DNA from: Prorocentrum cordatum
Taxonomy: Eukaryota
Length of the DNA stretch: 64,000 nucleotides
Assembly (NCBI GenBank): GCA_963575745.1
Contig: CAUYUJ010000322.1
Coordinates: 1 to 64,000 of the forward strand
Direction: 5' to 3'
Part shown: piece by piece, positions 44,701-56,528 of the stretch
Layout of the letters: each line of letters begins with the position of its first letter
Position numbering within the stretch: the first letter of the stretch is position 1
Notes under the pieces: model-generated
Databases searched by the model: none
Told to the model about the DNA's origin: nothing
Seen by the model: the letters and a program-made list of their open reading frames with translations, nothing else
Program-made: the position numbers and the translations under genes

Positions 44701-46405
44701 AACGTCGAAAAAATCAGAGAAGAAATATTTTTCAACGCCCCCGATGTTTCTGGATTCTTCTCCACGAGCTCTGTGGCCCTCCTACATCCCGGGTTACGTG
44801 CGTAAATCGACAGCACCTCTGAAGATGACTTGAAGAAAACGTTCTGCAAACCCAGCTCGAGTATCAGACCAAGTTCAGACCTCTGAAAGCGACAGGCGGA
44901 CGCGTCTAAGTGTCCGAATCGATGTCTGTGATTACCAGCCCTGCAGCCCCCCTACAGCCCGAGTTAAGTGCAGTAAACTGACAGCACCTCTCAGAAGGAC
45001 TCGAACAATACGAATAGTTTCGCGACCTAGTTCGGGCAGCAGACCGAGTTCTGAGCTCTAGATTCGACAGACGGACGCGTATTTTGTACTTAACTCGAGC
45101 TGTAGGGCAGCTACAGAGCTCATTCTCACAGAAATCGATTGCGAATCATCAGGCGCGTTCGTCTCTCCTATCTAGAGGTCTGAACTCGGTCTGCTGCCCA
45201 AGCTTGGTTTGCGAAACTATTCGTATTGTTCGAGTCAACTTGAGAGATGCTGTCAGTTTTCTGCACTTAACTCGGACTGTAGGTGGGCTACAGGGCTCGT
45301 TCTTACAGTGATCGATTCGGAGACATCAGACGCGTCCGCCTGCCAAATCCAGAGCTCAGATCTCGATGTGCTGCCCGAGCTAGGTCCGCAAAACTATTCG
45401 TATTCTTCGAGTCATCTTGAGAGGTGCTGTCCGTTTTCTGCACTCAACTCGAGCTGTGAGGGGGCTGCAGGGCTGGTAATCACTGGAATCGATAAGAAGA
45501 CATCAGTCGCGTCCGCCTGTCGCATTGAGAGCTCTGAATTCGGTCTGCTGCCCCAGCTAAGTCCGCGAAGCTATTCGTATTGTTCGAGTCATCTTCAGAG
45601 GTGCTGTCGGTTTTCTGCACTTAACTCGGGCTGTAAGGGAGCTGCAGGGCTGGTATTCTCAGGAATCGATTCGGAGACATCAGGCGCGTCCGCCTGTTGC
45701 AAGATCTGAACTCGGTCTGATATTCGAGCTAGATTCGCGAAACTATTTGTATTGTTCGAGTGATCTTGAGAGGTGCTGTCGATTTTCGCACGTAACTCGG
45801 GCTGTAGGAGAGCTACGGAGCTCGTGCGCGCAGAAAACGATCCAGAAGCATGAGGGGCGTTCGGCTGTTGCATCGAGAGGTCTGAAATCGTTTAGGCTGA
45901 AAAACTTTTCGTTCTCTGCAATTGTTTTCGACAATATATATGGTCAGGAAGCTCTACGAGTCCACCGGCGGTAAGAAAGGTTGACGGTTTACCGCCGGCG
46001 CCCAGTTCCGGCGCGGGGTGGAGCTAGTTGCCGATCCGACCAGAAAGCTAGAGGAATTCCGGCGCGGGGTGGAGCTAGTTGCCCGACCCGATGAAAAGAG
46101 ACAATGTGAGAACTTTGGGTTGGTTTTGCTAAAATTTCAAAGATATTTGACAGTTCATTTTGAGAAAGCGTAATTTTTACGCGAGCATTCGCATATAAAC
46201 TTTCTTCCTTGAGCAGCTCAGCTCTCTAGAGCCAGTTTTACTATCGGAAAATTCGGAGCAACCAACATGAAATGCATGCGGAAAAATGTGAATTCGATTT
46301 TATTCTAGAAATGCCCCGAGAAGCTCCCTGCTTCGATCCTGAGCACTCTTACGCGTGCAAGGAGCTCTACAAGATTCCCGTCGGTGACCAGGTTGACGGT
46401 TCACC

Positions 46406-48252
46406 CTTCGTACGGAGGTGAGTCTCGCATGCATGAGCGAGACCAGCTGTATGGGCATGATGTCAAAGTTTCTCAATCGAAGTTGCGCCGCCTGCGGGCG
46501 AAACGTGTCAGGTATCGTTTGTGGTCCACAGCTCGGGGGCCAGATCCGTGGTGCCTTGTTCGCGCGGGCATTTTCGCGCCCAGATATTATCGGAATTTCT
46601 GCTCGGACGATTCTGAGGAAGAGGAGTGGGTTGAGGACACTTGTGGAACACAGACTGATATGGATGCTGTTGAATTGGCTGGCAACTCTTTGCGTTCGCA
46701 TTGTTCCGATTGTGGGACTCAGACAGATCCCTGTGTTCACATTGAGTGTGGGACTCAGACTGATCTTTCTGTTCTCTTTGTTGGTGAGGAGGAGAAGGAG
46801 GAGTGTCATCGAGTGCGCGCTGATCAGGGTGATGCTTCTGCACTTGGGAGTTCCTGTGCAGTCGGGAGTTCCACTGTTCGGAGTGCAGTAGGAAGTTCCA
46901 CAGTTCGGAGTTCCGCTGATGCAGTTGTGGATGCAGTTGGGAGTTCAACAGCTGGGAGTTCTGCAGTTGGGAGTACCGCGGTTTGGAGTTCAGCTGATGC
47001 TGTGGCATCGAACCCTGGCTGCAAGGACGAGGAGGAGGAGAATGTTCATAGTGAAGCAGTTGCTAAGATGGAGCAGGAGGAGGTGGCTGAGGAGGATTTT
47101 GTTCATGTTGGTGAGGGGGAGAAGGAGGAGTGTCATCGAGTGCACGTTGATCGGGGTGTTGCTTCTCTCAGAAGGAAGAGATCTTGTTTCAAACGAACGG
47201 AGACTATCGAGAGTACAAAGTTGCACACTTCAGAATTGCATGCGACCAACGGGAGTGCGGTGGAGAGTACCGCAGTTTTGAGTACAGTTGATGCAGTCGG
47301 GAGTTCCAGTGCAGTCGGGAGTTCAACACTTGGAAGTGCAGTAGGAAGTTCCACAGTTCGGAGTTCCGCTGATGCAGTTGAGGATGCAGTTGGGAGTTCA
47401 ACAGCTGGGAGTTCTGCAGTTGGGAGTTCAGCTGATGCAGTAGGGAGTTCCATGAATGGGAGTTCTGCAGATCGACCGAGTGAGACACGCTCTGAGTGCC
47501 AAGCTGCCAGGGACTGGGCCCTTGCCGGTGTCGATATGAGGGCTCTTTGGCTTGAGCTACACCGACTCCCGACACAGGAGTTTCAGCGTAGGACTGAGGC
47601 TCTTAATGCATACAGGCTGCAATTGGGAATTGAAAGTTCCGAGGAGGATGATTCGCAACAAGGGGGTCCTCAGAGTTCTACTTCCAGGAGTGCATTGACG
47701 CGGAGCGGCAAGAAGCATCGGAAACGGCACAGATGATGCACATGCGATTGATCCTGCACGCTTGATTTGTCATTGCGTTGCCTTTCTTCATTGATTGAGT
47801 GCATTCGTTGCTTCCTTGATTTGAGTGCTCATTGACCTTTGAACGTGACTTTCCGTGATTTGTCACGTGGTGCCTCAAAGTAGGCCTTTGATCTGTCGAC
47901 ACTACGGTTGCCTCAAAGAGGACTGGCGTGTACTCGTCATTATAGTTGTTAGTTTTGTGTTTGTCTCAGTGGTGTTGAGACGGTAATCGCTGTATAAACC
48001 AGTGGTTACTGTGTGGTCTCTCACTGCTTTTATTTTCAGTGGTGCTGAGACGGTAATCGCTATATGTGGTTACTGCATGGTCTCGCACTGCTTTGCTTCC
48101 ATCAATCTTTTAGGTGCATTCTCGTGTATTGTATACTTGTGCATTCCTGTACAGCTTCGCAGTTTGTGCACTTGTACTTAATCTTTGCAGCTTCGCTGCT
48201 TAGGTTCTTTGTGTTTAGGCCTGCTCCCATGGGAGCTCGAACCGGCCTTCGG
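46406..48252 (+). mobile_element. Non-autonomous coding insert E1 joined to a family B stem-loop
   Basis: Unique sequence begins after GGTTGACGGTTCACC. One ORF followed by a T-rich 3' UTR-like region. Shares a domain with E2. Confidence 0.55.
46429..47736 (+). CDS. Hypothetical low-complexity protein (3x CGTQTD, AVGSS repeats, SECQAARDW domain, basic C-terminus)
   Basis: 435-codon ATG ORF. The C-terminal ~50 aa are homologous to ORF 50618-51559. Confidence 0.55.
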   Translation: MHERDQLYGHDVKVSQSKLRRLRAKRVRYRLWSTARGPDPWCLVRAGIFAPRYYRNFCSDDSEEEEWVEDTCGTQTDMDAVELAGNSLRSHCSDCGTQTDPCVHIECGTQTDLSVLFVGEEEKEECHRVRADQGDASALGSSCAVGSSTVRSAVGSSTVRSSADAVVDAVGSSTAGSSAVGSTAVWSSADAVASNPGCKDEEEENVHSEAVAKMEQEEVAEEDFVHVGEGEKEECHRVHVDRGVASLRRKRSCFKRTETIESTKLHTSELHATNGSAVESTAVLSTVDAVGSSSAVGSSTLGSAVGSSTVRSSADAVEDAVGSSTAGSSAVGSSADAVGSSMNGSSADRPSETRSECQAARDWALAGVDMRALWLELHRLPTQEFQRRTEALNAYRLQLGIESSEEDDSQQGGPQSSTSRSALTRSGKKHRKRHR

Positions 48253-49890
48253 TGAACTCGTTCTGCTACTCGAGCTAGGTCCACAACGCTATTCGTTTCA
48301 ATTTCTCTGTGAGGCGCTGTCGGTGTTCTGCACTACTTTCTGTAGCACAGCTACAGAGCTGGTACGAACAGAAACCCATACATAATGATCGAGGGCGTTT
48401 GGCTGAAGCATCTAGAGCTCTGAGCAGAGTGTCTCGTAGAGCTTCCCTTAGCTAGTTGCTGGAAGCTTAAGAGTAATTCTGGGGCGCTGGAGAGCTAGTT
48501 GGCAAGAAAAATCTCGGCGGACCTTTTGCTGACTTTTGCTCGGTTGAAAATTTTGTTCTCGAAATTCAACCATTCGTTAGAGCTCTAGTATATTTTCCCG
48601 TGATATTCGATCTCATTCCCGCTCGCCGTCTTGATCTCAGCTCGATCGGGAATTTTTTACTGCCAAAAAGCGTCCAGGCCGGATCGGCTATTTCGAGGTA
48701 TCTTGATACGCGTTGTCGGTACTTTGCTTAACTCGAGCTGTAGGGCAGCTACAGAGCTCATACTTTACAGAAATGGGTTCAAAATCATCAGGCGCGTTCG
48801 TTTGTCGCATCGAGAGGTCTGAACTCGGTCTGCTGCTAGATCTGCGAAACTATTCGTATTGTTCGAATCATCTTGAGAGGTGCTGTCCGTTTTCTGCACT
48901 TAACTCGGGCTGTAGGGAGGCTACATGGCTGGTAATCACAGAAACCGATTCGCAGACATCTGGCGCGTCCGCCTATCGCATGCCGAGGTCTGAACTCGGT
49001 CTGCTACTCGAGCTAGGTCCGCAAAACTATTCGTATCGCTCGAGTCATCTGAACAGGGACTGTCAGTTTGCTGTACTTAACTCGAGCTCCAGGGGAGCTA
49101 CAGAGCTGATGCTCACAGGAACCGATGGAGAATATTCAGGCGCGTTCGTCTGTTGCATCCAGAGGTCTGAACTCGATCTGCTACTCGAGCTGGGCCCGCG
49201 AAACTATTCGTATTGATCGAGTCATCTTGAGAGGATTTTCGCACGTAGCTCGGGCTGTAGGAGAGCTACAGAGCTGATGCGCAAAACCTGATTCGGAATC
49301 ATCATGCGCGTTCGTCTGCTCTATCTAGAGGTCTGAACTGGGTCTGCTACTCGGGCTAGGTCCGCAAAACTATTTGTATTCTTCAAGTCACCTTGACAGA
49401 TGTTGTCCCTTTTCTGTATTAAACTCGGGCTGTAGGAGAGCTACAGAGCTGGTACGCACAGAAACTGATGCAGAAGCATGGTGAGCGTTCGTCTGTTGCA
49501 TCGAGAGTCTGAACTCGGCCTGCTACCCGAGCTAGGGTCACAAAACTATTCGTATTCGACTGACAATTTGTTTCCAAGGATGATGAATTTCTTCACTGTT
49601 CAGCACAGCAATGGAATATCACTAGACGCCTGAGATCAGTCTGCTATCAGCGCTCGGGCTGAAAACTGTTCGTTCTCTGCTAATTCGTTGGACATAATGT
49701 ATGGTCAGGAAGCTCTACGAGTCCCGCGGCGGTGAGAAAGGTTGACGGTTTACCGCCGGCGCCCAGTCTGCTTCTCGAGCTAAGTCCGCAAAAAGAATTG
49801 TATGCGACCGATTTTTTAGAGTTTTTTGGCTCTGGCTTAAGCTTGCTTCACTTCCGAGGAGCTGGGCAAGAAAAGAGCTCTACGAGGTTC
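48253..49890 (+). repeat. Family A/B element stack
   Basis: 178-bp units, A 5' end at ~48433, stem-loop at ~49710-49766. Confidence 0.8.
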
Positions 49891-49926
49891 CCGTAGCCAT
49901 TTTGGCTCAAGCCATTTTGGCTCAAG
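49891..49926 (+). other. Dinoflagellate spliced leader (DinoSL) plus one relict SL
   Basis: CCGTAGCCATTTTGGCTCAAG (49891-49911) followed by CCATTTTGGCTCAAG (49912-49926). Exact match to DCCGTAGCCATTTTGGCTCAAG apart from the first base. Confidence 0.97.
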
Positions 49927-50064
49927 AAAAGAGCTCTACGAGCTGCATAGTGCAGAGAGGTGTCCTTTTGTTCCTCTTACTGTACACGGTGCCTCAGTGT
50001 CGGTTTTGCCTGAGTGCCTTTGGATCGTGCGGACAGGGTGATCTGTCGGCATTGAACTGATTAG

Positions 50065-51559
50065 TTGTTCTTGCGTGCCCCTTCCTTGTGCGGCATCATG
50101 ACAGCGCAATTTTGTTCGATGAGTTCTGTTTCGACCAGTTGGAAAAGAAAAACAATGATAATCAAACTGGCGATTTGTAGACAAGCTGTATTTGATGTTA
50201 TGCAGTTTAATGCTCGTGATCCATATTTTGTGGCTGATCCGAATACTTTCCCCGCGTTTGGCTGGTTTGATAGCCTCGATGATTGTGCGCGAAACCCATG
50301 CCCGTTTCAGGGGAACTCGGAGGAGCAGGTCAGTATATTGTCGAGTTCCTTATCGGTGCCAACTGCTGGGCCAACTGATCGTGGAGAAGCTTTCTCGTCT
50401 CAATCGGTTGCGTATTCTCCAGATGTGGTGCAGTCTCCAGATGGTGGGCTGCAGTCGAGACTGGGCTCTGTTTCTTTTGATCCTGGTGTTCAGAATGAGG
50501 GGGCGTTTGAGGACAAGGAGGGGATGAAGGATACGGAGGTTGCCAAAGTTGCTGCGAATCCGTATTGTGCAGAGATCCATACGGCCGCTTCAGGATCCCA
50601 GGATGTAGGACCCAACCTTGCTGCCGAAGAAGCGTCGCTTGCTTCTCAATCAAATGATGCTGTACTGCACTCAGTTCCTTTGGATTATTCTCTGCACTCA
50701 GCTCCTTTGGATTATTCTCTGCACTCAGTTCCTCTGGAGTATTCTCGAGTGCAAAGGGAAGGTGGAGGGAGGCCCCGAGGCGCTGCCGTTGGCACCCTCG
50801 AAAACCCACGGAGAGTGCGAAGTCGACCAGCGTAAAGATAACTGTGCTTCTTCTTCCCGGCTCTGTTCAGATGAGTTGCAGAGCAATCGATCTGAGTGTC
50901 AAGCTGCCAGGGACTGGGCCCGTGCCAATGACGACGCAGTTGCTCTTTGGCGGGAATTCGAACGGCTCCCGAAAGAGGAGTTTTATGCTCGGATCGAGGC
51001 GCTCAAGGCATACAAACTTCGAATGGGAATTGAGAGTCCCGAGGAGGCGCCGAGTCCTGAGGAGGATGCTGGCCGCGGGAAAGGCCAGAGGCACCGCAGA
51101 AACAGGAGGCGGGCAAGGGCGAAGGCTCAGGCAGTTCTAACTGGCTCTTCTATGTCAAAGTCGGCCCATCCATCTACTTGCGATCCTCCCCAACCTCCGT
51201 CCTCTTTTCACGATTCAGTTTCTTCCGCTATACCCGCCCCAAGTGTGCCCTTGTTGCCCGAAGGCGACAAGGGGGCGGAGGTGGATGAGTTGCATAACAA
51301 TCAATCAGAGTGCGATGAGGACGCTGATTCGGATGCGGCCTTCCACGCATGGGATAAAATGGCCACCCAGCGAGTGAGGGCAAATTTCTATTTGAAGAAG
51401 GCTGCTCTGCACCGTTTGTGTGAGGCTTTGCACCGTGATGGGGGGGAGGACGCGGACATCCAGAGAAACTGTGGGCTGTGTCGGTTGGACAAGATAAGGA
51501 TGCACCGTATTGCAGGGTGGTGCTTCGGACATTTGCGAGCAGCTCTCTTATTTACATAA
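50065..51559 (+). pseudogene. Frameshifted hypothetical protein of E2 with SECQAARDW domain
   Basis: Overlapping ORFs 50065-50835 and 50618-51559. 3x 27-bp repeat at ~50665-50745. The start codon is uncertain. Confidence 0.45.
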
Positions 51560-52263
51560 GATGCTCGTGCACCGTTTTGCACGAAGCTATGTTCATACCA
51601 CTCTTATTGTATATGCGAGTACAACAAAAACTAGACGGCCTCCGTGGATTCTTCGACGGAGGGCGCTCTGTGGAGGGATGTGCCTCCATTGGCGGCTCTG
51701 TATGGCCGTGGAACACGTTTTGGGTAGCCTCTTTCTTCTTTAACCTGTTCCTACACCTTTGCAATTTCACATGTCGTGCTGCATCCTTTTCCTTGTTCCT
51801 GCATCCTATTCCGATGCCTATGCCTCAGTGGCTCGGCAGTGTGATGATAAGAGATGCCTTCTCTTGCTACCCTGTGCTCCGTTTGGGAGTCTTAGGGCTC
51901 AGCTGTCACAGCTGTCCGCGCCCTGACTCAAACTCAAAAAACCAGGTTGACGGTTTACCGCCGGCGCTCAGTTTGTCGACCCGACCAGAAAAGAAGATGT
52001 GGTAACTTTGGGTGGGTTTTCCAAAGATTTCAAAGATATTTGATAATTCATTTTGAGAAAGCAGATTTTTCGCACCTGTAGTGGGTTATGCCGCGTCTGC
52101 CAGTTAAATTCTTAGGTCCGTAGCTGCAGTATTACTATCAAAACACTTGGAGGAACCGCCTTTGGATGAAAACCGAAAGTCGTGATTTTTCGAGTTTCTC
52201 GTTTCTCGCTCCAGAAGCTTTCTTCATGTGTTCCGAGGATTGCCGTGCAAGAAAAGAGCTCTT

Positions 52264-52300
52264 ACATATATATATATATATATATACTATATATATATTA

Positions 52301-52385
<85 letters not shown>

Positions 52386-52392
52386 TATATAT
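52264..52392. repeat. (TA)n microsatellite
   Basis: Directly visible. Confidence 0.97.
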
Positions 52393-54648
52393 AAAAATAA
52401 AAATGCAGAAAACAAAGGGGATTCGTTTCCAGAAGTGAGATTTTCATTCCCTGTAGTAAGATATGGCGCACCTACTGATTAATATTTCATGGCTAAAGCG
52501 GAAGAATTACTATCAAAACACTTGGAGGAAGCGTTTGTAGATGAAAACTGAAAAATCGTGATTTGTCGAGTTTCGGCTCTCGCTCTAGAAGCTTCTTTCA
52601 TGCGTTCCGAAGAGCCCTGTGCAAGAAAAGAGCTCTACGAGGTGCCCGGCGGTGACCTGGTTGACGGTTTCCCGCCGGTTTCCAGTTCCGGCGCGCTGGA
52701 GAGCTAGTTGGCAAAAATCTCGACGCACTTTTTTATGACTTTTGGTCGGTTGAAAAATTTGTTCTCAAAATTCAACCATTCGTGATTTTATTCCCGCTCG
52801 CTGTCTTAATCTCAGGTCGATCGGGTAGATATTACTGCCAAAAAGCACTGCGGCGGGATCGGTCGTTTCGGGTCATCTCGACAGGTGTTTTCGGTTCTTT
52901 GTACTTAACTGGAGCTATAGGACAGCTACAGAGCTGATGCTTACAGGAACCGATTCAGAATGATGAGGCGCGTTTGTCTGTTGAAGCCAGAGCTCTGAAC
53001 TCGGTCTGCTTCCCGAGCTAGGTCTGCGAAACTATTTGTACTGATCGGAGCATCTTGAGAGGTGCTGTCGGTTTTCTGCACTTAACTCGGGCTGTAGGGG
53101 GGCTACAGTGCTGATAATCACAGGATTCGGAGAAATGAGTCGCGTCCGCCTCTCGCATGCAGAGGTTTGCACTCGGTCTGCTACTCGAGCTAGGTTCGCG
53201 AAACTATTCGTGTTCTTCGAGTCATCTTGAGAGGTGCTGTGGCTGCGCTTAACTCGGGCTGTAGGGGGGCTACAGGGCTGATAATCACAGGAATCGATCA
53301 GGAGACATCTGACGCGTCCGCCTGTCGCATTCAGAGGTCTGAACTCGGTCTGCTACTCGAGCTAGATTCACGAAACTATTTGTATTGTTCGAGTCATCTT
53401 GAGAGGTGTTGTCGATTTTTGCACGTAACTCGGGCTGTAAAAGAAACGTGCAGAAACTGATTCGAAATCATGCGTTCGTCTATTGCATCCAGAGGTCTGA
53501 ACTGGGTTTGCTGCTCGGGCTAGGTCCGCAAAATTATTCGTATTCTTCAAGTTTCCTTGACGGATGTTGTCCTTTTTCTGTATTGAACTCGGGCTGTAGG
53601 AGAGCTACAAGCTGGTACGCACAGAAAACGATCCAGAAGCATCAGGGGCGTTCGGCTGTTGCATCAAGAGGTCTGAAATCGCTCGGGCTGAAAAAATATT
53701 CTTTCTTTACCATTTGGACATTATACATGGTGAGGAAGCTCTACGAGTCCCCCGGCGGTAAGAAAGGTTGACTGTTTACCGCCGGCGCCCAGTTTTGCTA
53801 AGATTTGAAGAATATATGACCGCCCATTTTGAGAAACCAGAGTTTTTGTACCTGTAATGGGTTATGACGCGTGCGCCTGTAAAATTTGTAGAACTAGGTT
53901 GACAAAACTATTCGTGTTCGACCGACAATTTTTTCTAAATGATGGAGCATTTCTTCAAGCGCATATGCCAAACACGGATTCGTACTCTGCTATTTTCTTC
54001 CTAATGGTATTTTCTCCACGCTGCAGATAAGGTATAGAACTGTTCAGCACAACAATGGGATATCACTAGACGCCTGAGATCAGTCTGCTATCCGCCCTCG
54101 GGCTGAAAAACTATTCTTTCTCTGCTTATTCTTCGGAGATAGTATATGGTCAGAAAGCTCTGCGAGTCCCCCGGCGGCGAGAAAGATTGACGGTTTACCG
54201 CCGGCGCGCAGTTCCGGGATGCTGGAGAGCTAGTACCTCGTAGAGCTCTTCGGCAAGATGAGCTAAGCGGAATTCGGGCGCGGGGTGGAGCTAGTAACTC
54301 ATAGAGCTTCCTTAGCTAGTTGCTGGAAGCTTAAGATTAATTCCGGGGCGCTGGAGAGCGAGTTGGCAAGACAAATCTCGCCGGACCTTTTGGTGACTTT
54401 TGATCGGTTGAAAATTTTGTTCTCAAAATTCAACCATTCGTTAGAGCTCCAGTATTTTTCCCGTGATATTCGATCTTATTCCCGCTCGCCATCTCGATCT
54501 CAGCTCGATCGGGTAGATATTACTGCCAAAAAGCATCCAGGCGGGATCGGCTGTTTCGAGTCATCTTTACACGCGTTGACGGGTTTTTGAGCTTAACTCG
54601 AGCTGTAAGACAGCTACAGAGCTGATGCGCACAAAAATCGATTTAGAA

Positions 54649-54974
54649 TTGGTACCGTCCAAAACCCGGAGAGCAAAGAGAACGCACACAGACAGGAAAC
54701 CTTTCCTGGCAAGCCCTCGGACGCTCTCGTGAAGCGCTTCTGAAGCTCTGGGGGGCTCCCCTGCAGCGCTTGTGAAGCGCTGCCAAGAACGCTTCCACGC
54801 GTGCTGTCGCGTGCAGGCACGCGTGGACGCGTGCCCCAAGCGCTCCTGGACCAGCTGCGACGTTTTACAAGCCGCTGCGACGATTCTGGACCGGCGAAGA
54901 TGGGCTGCTGGCGAGCGCCACCACCGTCCGGCTTCTAATCTGAAGCCCTCTAGCTCTCAGAGAGCTCTCCGGGA
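54649..54974 (-). mobile_element. Family C element, inverted
   Basis: Interrupts GATTTAGA|ATCTTCAGGCGCG of a 178-bp unit without a TSD. Perfect subTIR CCCGGAGAGC/GCTCTCCGGG. Confidence 0.8.
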
Positions 54975-56238
54975 ATCTTCAGGCGCGTTCGTCTATCGCA
55001 TCCAGAGGTCTGAACTCGGTCTGCTGCCCGAGCTAGGTCCGCGAAGCTATTCGTATTGTTCGATTCATCTTGAGAGGTGCGGTCGTTTCTGTACTTAACT
55101 GGGGCTGTAGGGTGGCAACAGGGCTGGTAATCGCAGAAACGGATTCGGAGACATGGGGCGCGTCCGCCTGCTGCATGCAGAAGTCTGAAATCGGTCTGCT
55201 ACTCGAGCTAGGTCCGCAAAACTATTCGTATCGCTCGGGTGATCTCGACAGGGGCTGTCTGTTTTTTGTACTTAACTCGAGCTCTAGGGGAGCTACAGAG
55301 CTGATACGCACAGAAACCAATGCAGAATAATCAGGCGCGTTCGTCTGTTGCATCCAGAGATCTGAACTCGGTCTGCTACTCGAGCTAGGTCCGTGAAACT
55401 ATTCGTATCAGTCGAGTCATCTTGAGAGGTGCTGTGCGTTTCCGCGCGTAACTCGGGCTGTAGGAGACAGAGCTCATACGCAGAAACACTGATAGAATGA
55501 TCAGGCCCGTTCGTCTGTTGCATCCAGAGGTCTTGCTACTCGGGCTAGGTCCGCAAAACTATTCGTCTTCTTCGAGTCATCTTGACAGATGTTGAGCATT
55601 TTCTGTATTGAACTCAGGCTGTAGGAGAGCGACAGAGCTGGTACGCACCGAAACTGATGCAGAAGCATTGGGAGCGTTCGTCTGTTGCATCGAGAGGTCT
55701 GAACTCGGTCTGCTACCCGAGCTAGGTTGACAAAACTGTTCGTATTCGACCGATAATATTTTTCCAAATTATGGTGAAATTCTTTACTGAGCTCGAGCTG
55801 CAGAGCAGCTCGAAGCTCTTCGGCCGAACAATCAGAAGGACATCATGAGGCGCGAAGCATCCAGACGCTTGGTTTGGGTCTGTTGTGAGTGCAGACGTCA
55901 AACACGGATTCGTACTCTGCTATTTTGTCCCTAATGGTATTTTCTACACGCTGCAGATGAGCTATAGAACTGTTCGGCGCAGCAATGGGATATCACTAGA
56001 CGCCTGAGATCAGTCTGCTATCAGCGCCCGGGCTGAAAAACTATTCGTCCTCTGCTAATTCTTTGGACATTATATATGGTCAGGAAGCTCTACGAGTCCC
56101 CCGGCGGTAAGACAGGTTGACGGTTTACCGCCGGTGCCCAGTCGGCGAACACGACCTTAAGAGACTATGTGGCGACTTGGGTTTGGTTTTCCAATCTTTC
56201 TGCAAAATTTGAAAATTCGTTTTGAGAACGGGTATTTT

Positions 56239-56528
56239 ACCCGGAGAGCTCTCTGAGAGCTAGAGGGTTTTAGAGTAGAAGCCGTACGGTGGTGGTGCCC
56301 GCCAGCAGCCCATCTCCGCCGCTCCACGATCCTCGCAGCGCCTCGCCCGTCCCGGCAGCTGGTTCGAGGGCGCTTCCAGCGCGCGTCCACGTGTGCCTGC
56401 ACGCGTGCAGGCACGCGTGGAAGCGTTCCTGACAGCGCTTCAGAAGCGCTGCAGGGGGGCCCCCCAGAGCTCTCCAGGAAAGATTTCCGTCCCCAAGGGT
56501 CTCTTCGCTCTCCGGGTTTTGGACGCTA
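56239..56528 (+). mobile_element. Family C element
   Basis: CCCGGAGAGC .. GCTCTCCGGGTTTTGGACGCTA, followed by a B-type 5' end. Confidence 0.7.

Larger units (their letters stand above)
34681..46405 (+). repeat. Array of tandem and nested family A and B elements, mostly co-oriented
   Basis: Repeated terminal stem-loops ending at ~34712, 35861, 37058, 38277, 38597, 39225, 40171, 41313, 41799 and later. Inverted pieces at ~42820-42877, ~43320-43615 and 44408-45080. Confidence 0.85.
49891..51941 (+). mobile_element. SL-capped non-autonomous retrocopy E2 inserted in a family B-type stem-loop
   Basis: 5' junction GAGCTCTACGAGGTTC|CCG-SL. 3' tail GACTCAAACTCAAAAA|ACCAGGTTGACGGTTTACCGCCGG. Confidence 0.85.

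Noticed and set aside
34700..46000. CRISPR array suggested by recurring hairpin and repeats
   Set aside because: No constant short repeat with unique spacers and no cas genes. The context is eukaryotic and nested transposons explain the pattern.
49891..49960. SL RNA gene
   Set aside because: The SL is followed by a relict SL and target sequence, not by a GT donor and SL intron. It is a retrocopied mRNA 5' end.
45084..55767. Short recurring ORFs in 178-bp units (SSHLERCCRF...)
   Set aside because: Frames and stops are not conserved between units; non-coding repeat.
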